Shown: piece after piece, positions 23,308-33,347 of the stretch
How positions within the stretch are numbered: the stretch's first letter is position 1
How the letters are laid out: each line of letters starts with the position of its first letter
Assembly (NCBI GenBank): GCA_002791035.1
Contig: PFWG01000009.1
Location: 1 to 36,998, forward strand
Length of the DNA: 36,998 nt
Source: Candidatus Portnoybacteria bacterium CG_4_9_14_3_um_filter_43_11
Lineage (GTDB): Bacteria; Patescibacteriota; Minisyncoccia; Portnoybacterales; UBA2143
Reading direction: 5' to 3'
Position numbers and translations under genes: made by a program
Notes under the pieces: generated by a model
Database searches by the model: none
Told to the model about the DNA's origin: nothing
What the model saw: the letters and a program-made list of their open reading frames with translations, nothing else

Positions 23308-24573
23308 ATGAAAAATAATTTAGTCAAAATTCGTAAAGAAACGGATTATTATCTGGCGTATTTTAATGAATTAAGAAAACTGATCCCTGTTAATTATATC
23401 GGCTCGATAATCATTGATAGTTTCTTTAATAAAAGGTTTTCTATCCGGGAAATTCAAAATTTCATCAGACAAAACGGCAGAAGATATAATCTTTCGTCAA
23501 AAGATATTCAAATCTTTCTTCGACAAATCCAAGACGAACTTATTTTAGCGCCCCGGGGGAATGTTCGTTTATATCAAAGGGAATTGAGCGCTCCAATAGC
23601 GGTTGAAATTGAGATAACTACCCGATGTAATTTAAGGTGTAAGCATTGTTGTATTAAGAAATATGATAAATTGATGTCAATCAATAGAATTGAACGCATT
23701 TTTAAATTATTAAATGAAAAAAGAGTTTTTGAAATTAGCTTAGCCGGAGGAGAGCCCTTTGTTCATCCTCAAATTCTAGATATTCTTTCGTTATGTGAAC
23801 AATATAACTTCGCTACAATTATAACGACTAACGCTACACTCTTGAGCGAGTCTTTAATTAAAAGATTGGCTGAATTTAAAAATTTGGCTTTCGTCGTAAG
23901 CTTAGAAGGGATTGATAGGACTAACGACATAATCAGAGGGAGGGGCGTTTTCAAAAAAGTAGACCAGGCCGTTAGAAACCTTAAAAAAAACGGTATCTAT
24001 GTTGAAATATCTTCGACAATTACCGAGGAAAACATAGACCGCTGTCGAGAATTAGTGGAATATACTAAGTCCTTAGATATCTTTTGTAATTTCAATTTAT
24101 TTAAACCCTTTAAGAAAGATCATAAACCGTATATTCTTGGGCCCAATAAATATTTTAAATTTATAGAAGATCTATTTGAGGAAAGGAATTTTTCTGGGGC
24201 AAAAGTTAATTTGCCAAACGCCGGGGCTATTTTCGCTTATTTAGAAGGACAAGAAAAATGTAATGAGTGTTATGCGATTATGTGTGCTTTTACGATTGAT
24301 GTGGAAGGGAGTATAGTCCCTTGTCCCGCTCTTCAATCCGCCGGTTATTATGATGAAATCTTCTTGCCGAAATTCGAGGAAAATTTTATAGATATTTGGA
24401 AGAATAATCGACATTTTCAAGATTTTCGCAAAGGAAATTTAAGAGAATGTCGAGCGCGTTCATATATATTCAATAGGAATATAAAAAGGAATGATCCTTA
24501 TGGGATAACTGCTTTTCTGAGATACCAAAAAGCGAAAAGTCAAGAAGTAAAAAATAAGCTACTTAATTCTTAA
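23308..24573 (+). CDS. Radical SAM enzyme with an N-terminal PqqD-like RRE and a C-terminal SPASM/twitch-like Cys cluster (RiPP maturase-like)
   Basis: The CxxxCxxC cluster is TTRCNLRCKHCC and the GGE motif is LAGGEPF. The first ~85 residues (VKIRKETDYYLAYFNELRKLIPVNYIGSIIIDSFFNKRFSIREIQNFIRQ...SKDIQIFLRQIQDELIL) match the PqqD/RRE pattern. The C-terminal Cys pattern is CNECYAIMC-x7-GSIVPC ... C. Confidence 0.85.
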   Translation: MKNNLVKIRKETDYYLAYFNELRKLIPVNYIGSIIIDSFFNKRFSIREIQNFIRQNGRRYNLSSKDIQIFLRQIQDELILAPRGNVRLYQRELSAPIAVEIEITTRCNLRCKHCCIKKYDKLMSINRIERIFKLLNEKRVFEISLAGGEPFVHPQILDILSLCEQYNFATIITTNATLLSESLIKRLAEFKNLAFVVSLEGIDRTNDIIRGRGVFKKVDQAVRNLKKNGIYVEISSTITEENIDRCRELVEYTKSLDIFCNFNLFKPFKKDHKPYILGPNKYFKFIEDLFEERNFSGAKVNLPNAGAIFAYLEGQEKCNECYAIMCAFTIDVEGSIVPCPALQSAGYYDEIFLPKFEENFIDIWKNNRHFQDFRKGNLRECRARSYIFNRNIKRNDPYGITAFLRYQKAKSQEVKNKLLNS

Positions 24574-24583
24574 TAAATAATAT

Positions 24584-28475
<3,892 letters not shown>

Positions 28476-28487
28476 TCTGTAATTTTG

Positions 28488-28516
28488 TTGACATTTTGTT
28501 TTTGAGGATATAGGAT
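28488..28516 (+). promoter_or_regulatory. Candidate promoter upstream of secE (TTGACA-17 nt-TAGGAT)
   Basis: A perfect -35 box is at 28488-28493 and a weaker -10 box at 28511-28516, in the gyrB-secE spacer. Confidence 0.35.
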
Positions 28517-28528
28517 AGGAGAAATTGT

Positions 28529-28560
28529 CCCAGCGGGGCATTGCCCCTTCGGGGCTTTTT
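28529..28560 (+). terminator. GC hairpin(s) plus T5, either the gyrB terminator or a secE leader attenuator
   Basis: The segments are CCC(28529-31), GGGGC(28535-39), GCCCC(28543-47) and GGGGC(28551-55), followed by TTTTT. Segments 2:3 and 3:4 are mutually exclusive 5-bp GC helices, and only 3:4 is followed by the T-run. Confidence 0.5.
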
Positions 28561-28568
28561 AAAAAAGA

Positions 28569-28769
28569 ATGCCAGTTAGTCAACTGCCTCAAAAAGGAAT
28601 AGAATTTCTCAAAGAAGTCCGCTTGGAATTAAAGCGGGTGACTTGGCCGACCAAAAAAGAAGCCATTAAACTTACGCTGATTGTGATTGGCTTTGGTTTG
28701 ACCGTCGCCGCTTTTTTGGGCGGGTTGGATTTTTTATTTTCGTATTTATTAGATAGGTTTGTGATTTAA
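28569..28769 (+). CDS. secE: Preprotein translocase subunit SecE
   Basis: 66 aa with FLKEVRLELKRVTWPTKKE followed by a single TM segment. It lies upstream of nusG. Confidence 0.85.
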   Translation: MPVSQLPQKGIEFLKEVRLELKRVTWPTKKEAIKLTLIVIGFGLTVAAFLGGLDFLFSYLLDRFVI

Positions 28770-28773
28770 AATC

Positions 28774-29316
28774 ATGCCAAAGCAAGTGCAACAGGGCCGG
28801 AACTGGTATGTCCTTCATACCTACGCCGGATACGAGGAAGCGGTGGCCAGAAATCTGAAACAGCGGATTGAATCAATGAGCATGGAAGACAAGATTTTCA
28901 GTGTTTTGGTTCCGACCGAGAAAAAAATTAAAATTAAAAACGGCAAACGCCAAACCGTGGAGGAAAAAATCTACCCGGGCTATGTTTTGGTGGAGATGGT
29001 TGTTACCGACGATTCCTGGTATGTTGTCCGCAACACCCCGCGCGTTACCGGCTTTATCGGCGCCGGCACGATCCCGACTCCGATTTCGCCCGAAGAAATC
29101 CAATCACTTCAGAAAAGGATGGGCGTGGAAGAGCCCAAGTTTAAAGTTGACGTTGTGGTCGGCGACGCGGTTAAAATCACTGATGGGCCGTTTAAGGATT
29201 TTGACGGCAAGGTTTCCGAGATTGATGAAAAAAGAGGCAAAATTAAAGTGTTGGTGCCAATATTTGGCCGGGAGACGCCGGTGGAACTGGACTTTTTACA
29301 GATAAAAAAACTTTGA
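28774..29316 (+). CDS. nusG: Transcription termination/antitermination factor NusG
   Basis: The NGN domain contains WYVLHTYAGYEEAV and PGYVLVEM. The KOW domain contains GDAVKITDGPFKDFDGKVSEID. Confidence 0.95.
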   Translation: MPKQVQQGRNWYVLHTYAGYEEAVARNLKQRIESMSMEDKIFSVLVPTEKKIKIKNGKRQTVEEKIYPGYVLVEMVVTDDSWYVVRNTPRVTGFIGAGTIPTPISPEEIQSLQKRMGVEEPKFKVDVVVGDAVKITDGPFKDFDGKVSEIDEKRGKIKVLVPIFGRETPVELDFLQIKKL

Positions 29317-29319
29317 ACT

Positions 29320-29745
29320 ATGGCTTCAAAAACCGTTAAAACAATTATTAAACTTCAGATTCCGGCCGGACAAGCTAATCCGGCTCCTCCGATTGGCCCG
29401 GCGCTCGGCCAACACGGTTTGAGTATCCAGGAGTTTTGCGCTCGCTTCAACGATGCCACTAAGGACAAGGCCGGCGACATTATTCCGGTTGAAATCACCG
29501 TCTATGACGACCGGACTTTTGATTTTAAACTCAAGACCCCGCCGGCATCCGATTTATTGAGAAAAGCGGCCGGTATCCAGAAAGGGTCGGGCGACCTGCT
29601 CAAAACCAAAGTCGGCAAGGTTTCAAAAGCCCAAATCAAAGCCATCGCCGCCAAGAAACTGCCCGACCTGAACGCCTATAGCGCTGAACAAGCGGAAAAG
29701 ATTATTGAAGGCACGGCGCGGAGCATGGGGATAGAAGTAAAGTAA
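29320..29745 (+). CDS. rplK: 50S ribosomal protein L11 (uL11)
   Basis: Contains [35 protein letters not shown] and [15 protein letters not shown]. Confidence 0.95.
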   Translation: MASKTVKTIIKLQIPAGQANPAPPIGPALGQHGLSIQEFCARFNDATKDKAGDIIPVEITVYDDRTFDFKLKTPPASDLLRKAAGIQKGSGDLLKTKVGKVSKAQIKAIAAKKLPDLNAYSAEQAEKIIEGTARSMGIEVK

Positions 29746-29764
29746 AGGCTATGCCTGTAGTTGC

Positions 29765-29813
29765 TCATTCGTTCGGAAATGAAAATAAATTTTCATTTCT
29801 CTCGCTCATTTCG
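29765..29813. repeat. 49-nt repeat, copy 2, with palindrome GAAATGAAAAT-aa-ATTTTCATTTC at 29776-29799
   Basis: 43 of 49 positions are identical to 11936-11984 by hand alignment. It lies between rplK and the dCMP deaminase cassette. Confidence 0.8.
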
Positions 29814-29829
29814 CAAGTAAACGTTTTTT

Positions 29830-29892
29830 AAAAGACAGCTCTGTTGAACACATCTTAATACATTTAAGGTTTATTCAAGGGGGCTGTCTTTT
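29830..29892 (+). terminator. Long interrupted hairpin followed by a T-run (candidate rplK terminator or structured RNA)
   Basis: AAAAGACAGC(29830-39) pairs with GCTGTCTTTT(29883-92). Nested helices are TTGAA/TTCAA and CTTAA/TTAAG, separated by symmetric 4/4 and 5/5 internal loops. TTTGTTTC follows. Confidence 0.5.
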
Positions 29893-29926
29893 TGTTTCTT
29901 TAACAATTAAAAAGTGAGGTGAAATT

Positions 29927-30387
29927 ATGAGTAGACCGTGTTGGGACAAAACAAGAATGTTGATAGTTAGAATTATGGCGGAAAGATCGGTCTGTAAGCA
30001 CTATCAAGTCGGGGTAGTGTTTTACAGAGGAAAAAAGATAATTATCGGAGGATATAACGGTCCGCCGGTAGGAGAGCCACATTGCATAGAAGTAGGTTGC
30101 GCTAAAGAGGTTGATGGGAAAAAACTGCCGGCGGGGGGTCTAATCGTTGCCGGGGGTGCCACGCAGAGATAAACGCAATTATTAATGCGGCATATGACGG
30201 GATAAGTTTGAAAGATTGCGGAGTGGCTTGTACTTTTTCTCCTTGTTATTCCTGCGCCAAACAGTTGGTTAATCTCGGCATCAAGGAATTTGTTTACGAA
30301 ATTTCGTATGATGATGAATTTGAGGCAAACGTGGTGAAGGAACTTTTTGAACGGAGAGGAATTATTCTCCGCCAATTCATTCCATAG
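29927..30387 (+). pseudogene. dCMP deaminase (ComEB/Dctd family) interrupted by a frameshift at a G6 run
   Basis: Frame A (29927-30172) encodes RPCWDKTRML...RSVCKHYQVGVVFYRGKKIIIGGYNGPPVGEPHCIEVGC. The zinc and catalytic motifs CHAEINAI and SPCYSCAK lie in the -1 frame, which is open from 30115 and ends at a TAG at 30385-30387. The two frames can be joined at GGGGGG (30133-30138). Confidence 0.85.
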
Positions 30388-30398
30388 GAGGAAGAAAG

Positions 30399-31175
30399 AT
30401 GGGAAAAATTGCTTATCTTGAGACGACGACCTTGGGAGACGCCTGGTTTCAGGCATTAGACAAAATAATGATGTCGGGCAGGCGGTATTTGATAACTAAG
30501 GGCAGTTTTGCCGGGATTTATCGCGCCGGAATCCCGGTTGTTATTGAAATCAATTGTCCGAGCGGTAGGCCTTTGGCTGTCCAGATGCCCGAGGGTTCCA
30601 GCATTGCTCCGCCGACCACCGAAGAGGATATCGAGGGGTATTGTTCATATCTTATGACGCCGCTCCGTCAGCCAAACGAGCATTATACTTATGGAGAAGA
30701 TCTTTGGTGGCAGATAGAGTGGATTACTGACTACTATCGCAAAAACGGTCATGGCACAAACCATTGCTACATGACCGTTGGTCGTCCGGAAACGCTCTAT
30801 CACTACGATTTAAGCGTTGATTATAATGACACAGTCAGAATAATTGACCGCGCAACTGGAACAGAGATTCATGAATACAAGCGGACGAATCAATGGAATA
30901 AACTTCCAGAGATTCAACCTAGCTCGCAGTGTTTACGCGGGATTGATACTTGGATTGACGACGGAAAACTTTGTTTCTGGGTCTATTTTCGTTCGTGGGA
31001 TCACTGGGGCGGCTTTCCGGTTAATCTTGGCGGGATTCAGTTGATGAAGGAGCTTATGGCCGGCGAAATCGGGGTAGAAGACGGCCCTATGATTGTTTCC
31101 TCTAAAGACCTGCATGTTTACGAACATACCTGGTTGGTTGCTTTAATGCGGCTTAGAAAGGAGGCGGGAAAATGA
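30399..31175 (+). CDS. Divergent thymidylate synthase (ThyA) family protein, archaeal-type-like
   Basis: ThyA-fold landmarks are the candidate nucleophile in PSSQCLRGID, VYFRSWDHWGGFPVNLGG (RSxD...N, with Asn rather than Asp, suggesting dUMP) and KDLHVYEH. The N-terminal half is strongly divergent from bacterial ThyA. A strong SD (AGGAGG) lies 7 nt upstream. Confidence 0.7.
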   Translation: MGKIAYLETTTLGDAWFQALDKIMMSGRRYLITKGSFAGIYRAGIPVVIEINCPSGRPLAVQMPEGSSIAPPTTEEDIEGYCSYLMTPLRQPNEHYTYGEDLWWQIEWITDYYRKNGHGTNHCYMTVGRPETLYHYDLSVDYNDTVRIIDRATGTEIHEYKRTNQWNKLPEIQPSSQCLRGIDTWIDDGKLCFWVYFRSWDHWGGFPVNLGGIQLMKELMAGEIGVEDGPMIVSSKDLHVYEHTWLVALMRLRKEAGK

Positions 31176-31441
31176 TTCAATGCCATAGCTGTAGAGGATA
31201 TTTGTTTTTTGCGCCCTTTCCAGCCGATATCTTTGCTTGTTGTTCTTTGCGTGGAGAGTCGGTGAAAAATATCGATCTGAAAAAGGGCGTTAGTCGAGCC
31301 ATCTGGGAACATGGTATTCGCGGTCACTTATGCTTGCTTTTTAAACCGGGAAAAAGCGTTTGTCATGTTTCTTGGAGAAAACCTTTTGCTCTTTCTCAAA
31401 CCAGAAAGGAAGGCGAAGAATATATACGAAGCCGTCTTTAA
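31172..31441 (+). CDS. Hypothetical small Cys-rich protein (89 aa), coding status uncertain
   Basis: The ATGA start overlaps the ThyA-like stop, and AGGAGG lies 7 nt upstream of the ATG. It begins MIQCHSCRGY...ACC. Three + strand ORFs overlap here, and the region also shows nested helices. Confidence 0.35.
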   Translation: MIQCHSCRGYLFFAPFPADIFACCSLRGESVKNIDLKKGVSRAIWEHGIRGHLCLLFKPGKSVCHVSWRKPFALSQTRKEGEEYIRSRL

Positions 31442-31456
31442 TAAAGTCAGTTTCAA

Positions 31457-31496
31457 AAAGTCCTGTTGGGATTCGTTTCAACAGGACTTTATTTTT
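31457..31496 (+). terminator. Intrinsic terminator
   Basis: The 12-bp stem is AAAGTCCTGTTG / CAACAGGACTTT with a 10-nt loop, followed by ATTTTT. Confidence 0.75.
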
Positions 31497-31549
31497 GAAA
31501 CGAAAGAACTCTTTATTTTTCTCTAAAATTGGTGTAGCATTGAATCACT

Positions 31550-32089
31550 ATGATACTGGGAATTGATAAACTTCATCAATTAGTCAAAGATAAAAAGCTG
31601 GTTGAAGGTCTGTGCGAAAGAGAGTTAAATAATCCGGAAGGAGCCGGTTTTGATTTGCGTCTGGGCGAAGTGTATGAGATAAAGGGTAATTCATTTTTAG
31701 GCATAGACGAAAGAAAAACGCCGGAAGTCAAAGTTCTGGCCAGTTTTGACGAGAATAAAAAGCAAAGTTTTGTTTTTAAACCGGGGAGTTATTATTTAAT
31801 GAAAACAGTTGAAAAAGTAAATACTCCCGATGATATTTTAATACTTTTTCGGCCGCGAACGACGATTTTTCGTTCCGGAATGACGCTTTTTACCGGAAAT
31901 GCTTCGCCGGGATATTGCGGCGAGCTGATTTTTGGTCTGGCTAATTTAGGTCCGATTGAGGTAGAAATTGAATTAGGCGCGCGAGTGGTTCACGCGATGT
32001 TTTATCAGGTGGGCGGAAAGACAAATTTGTATCGCGGCCAATGGCAAAAAGGCAGGGTAACAACGAAAAAGAGGGAGAAGCAAATTTAA
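31550..32089 (+). CDS. dcd: dCTP deaminase / dUTPase superfamily protein (Dcd-like)
   Basis: Starts MIL..., with GAGFDLRLGEVY, and RPRTTIFRSGMTLFTGNASPGYCGELIFGLANLGPIEVEIELGARVVHAMFYQV matching the Dcd/Dut beta-barrel core pattern. Confidence 0.75.
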   Translation: MILGIDKLHQLVKDKKLVEGLCERELNNPEGAGFDLRLGEVYEIKGNSFLGIDERKTPEVKVLASFDENKKQSFVFKPGSYYLMKTVEKVNTPDDILILFRPRTTIFRSGMTLFTGNASPGYCGELIFGLANLGPIEVEIELGARVVHAMFYQVGGKTNLYRGQWQKGRVTTKKREKQI

Positions 32090-32093
32090 TCTT

Positions 32094-33347
32094 GTGTTCA
32101 AAAATCCGCTTGCAAAAACCGATTCTCAAATCGCCGGTTTGATTAGAAAAGAGGCCCTTCGCCATCAAGAGGGGCTTGATTTGGTGGCGGCGGAAAATTA
32201 TCCTTCGCCGGCGGTTCGCCAGGCGGTCGGAAGCGTTTTGAGCACTTGTTACGCCGAGGGCTGTCCGGGAAAAAGGTATTATCCCGGCCTGAAATACATT
32301 GACCAAATTGAACAACTGGCCATTGAACGGGCGAAAAAGCTTTTCGGCGCCAATTACGCCAATGTCCAGCCGCATTCCGGCTCGCAAGCCAATCAGGCGG
32401 TTTATCTGGCTTTGCTTGAGCCGGGCGATAAAATCCTGGCGATGGATTTGGCTCAAGGCGGACATCTTTCGCACGGCTCGCCGGCCAATTTTTCCGGCCG
32501 GTTTTTCAACTGCGTTTTTTACGGACTGAATGAGAAAACCGAAATAATTGACTGGGAAAAAGTAACGGCCATCGCCCGCCAAGAAAAACCGAAACTGATT
32601 ATTGCCGGCGCTTCCAGCTATCCTCGCCGGATTGACTTTAAGCGGTTTGGCGCTGTCGCCAAAGAAACCAAGGCGTATTTGATGGCTGATATCGCCCATA
32701 TCGCCGGTTTGGTGGCGGCTGGCCTCCATCCGCACCCGTTCCCTTATTGCGACATCGTGACCATGACGACGCATAAAACGCTGCGGGGAGCGCGCGGCGG
32801 AATAATTTTGTCCAATAAAAAAGACCTGGCCGATAAAATTGACCGAGCGGTTTTTCCCGGCCTTCAGGGCGGGCCGCTGGAAAACGAAATTGCCGGCAAA
32901 GCCGTCGCTTTAAAAGAGGCCGGCCGGAAAAGTTTTATCCGGTATCAAAAGCAGGTTGTCGCCAACGCCCAAACGCTGGCCAAAACGCTTTTAAAAGAGG
33001 GGCTGGATTTGGTGGCGGGCGGGACGGACAATCATTTTGTTCTGGTCAATTTAACTAAATATAATCTTTCCGGAAAACAAGTCCAGGAAGCGCTGGAAGA
33101 AGTTAATATCTACGCCAACCGCAATGTTGTGCCTTATGACCGGCGCTCCAAGTGGCAGACCTCCGGCATCCGGCTGGGGACGCCGGCCATTACGACCAAG
33201 GGGCTGAAAGAAAAAGAAGTCAGGCAGGTCGGTGTTTGGATAGCTGAAGTGATTAAAAACATTGATGACCAGAAGATAAAAAACAGAATTAAAGCCGAGG
33301 TGATTAAATTGTCCAAAAAGTTTCCTTTACCCTATGAAAATTATTGA
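32094..33347 (+). CDS. glyA: Serine hydroxymethyltransferase
   Basis: GTG start. Contains LVAAENYPSPAVRQAVGSVLS, YAEGCPGKRYY, VQPHSGSQAN, GGHLSHGS and the PLP-lysine block VTMTTHKTLRGARGG. Confidence 0.95.
   Translation: MFKNPLAKTDSQIAGLIRKEALRHQEGLDLVAAENYPSPAVRQAVGSVLSTCYAEGCPGKRYYPGLKYIDQIEQLAIERAKKLFGANYANVQPHSGSQANQAVYLALLEPGDKILAMDLAQGGHLSHGSPANFSGRFFNCVFYGLNEKTEIIDWEKVTAIARQEKPKLIIAGASSYPRRIDFKRFGAVAKETKAYLMADIAHIAGLVAAGLHPHPFPYCDIVTMTTHKTLRGARGGIILSNKKDLADKIDRAVFPGLQGGPLENEIAGKAVALKEAGRKSFIRYQKQVVANAQTLAKTLLKEGLDLVAGGTDNHFVLVNLTKYNLSGKQVQEALEEVNIYANRNVVPYDRRSKWQTSGIRLGTPAITTKGLKEKEVRQVGVWIAEVIKNIDDQKIKNRIKAEVIKLSKKFPLPYENY

Noticed and set aside
29751-29831. A 26-codon ORF (MPVVAHSFGNENKFSFLSLISQVNVF) across repeat copy 2, echoed by SLGNENTFSFRLLI in the spurious ligA extension.
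   Set aside because: The similarity follows from the DNA repeat itself. Copy 1 has no independent start codon in that frame other than the rejected 11895 extension, and there is no SD sequence. It was treated as a non-coding repeat.
30022-30456. A 144-aa minus-strand ORF covering the deaminase frameshift and the ThyA-like start.
   Set aside because: The plus strand carries the complete set of cytidine/dCMP deaminase motifs (HAE, PCxxC) split over two frames, plus strong SD sites. The antisense product has no recognisable features.
31941-32774. A 277-aa minus-strand ORF spanning the dcd end and glyA.
   Set aside because: It is antisense to glyA, whose PLP and THF motifs are unambiguous. Its product is Arg-rich and low-complexity. 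This is a shadow ORF.
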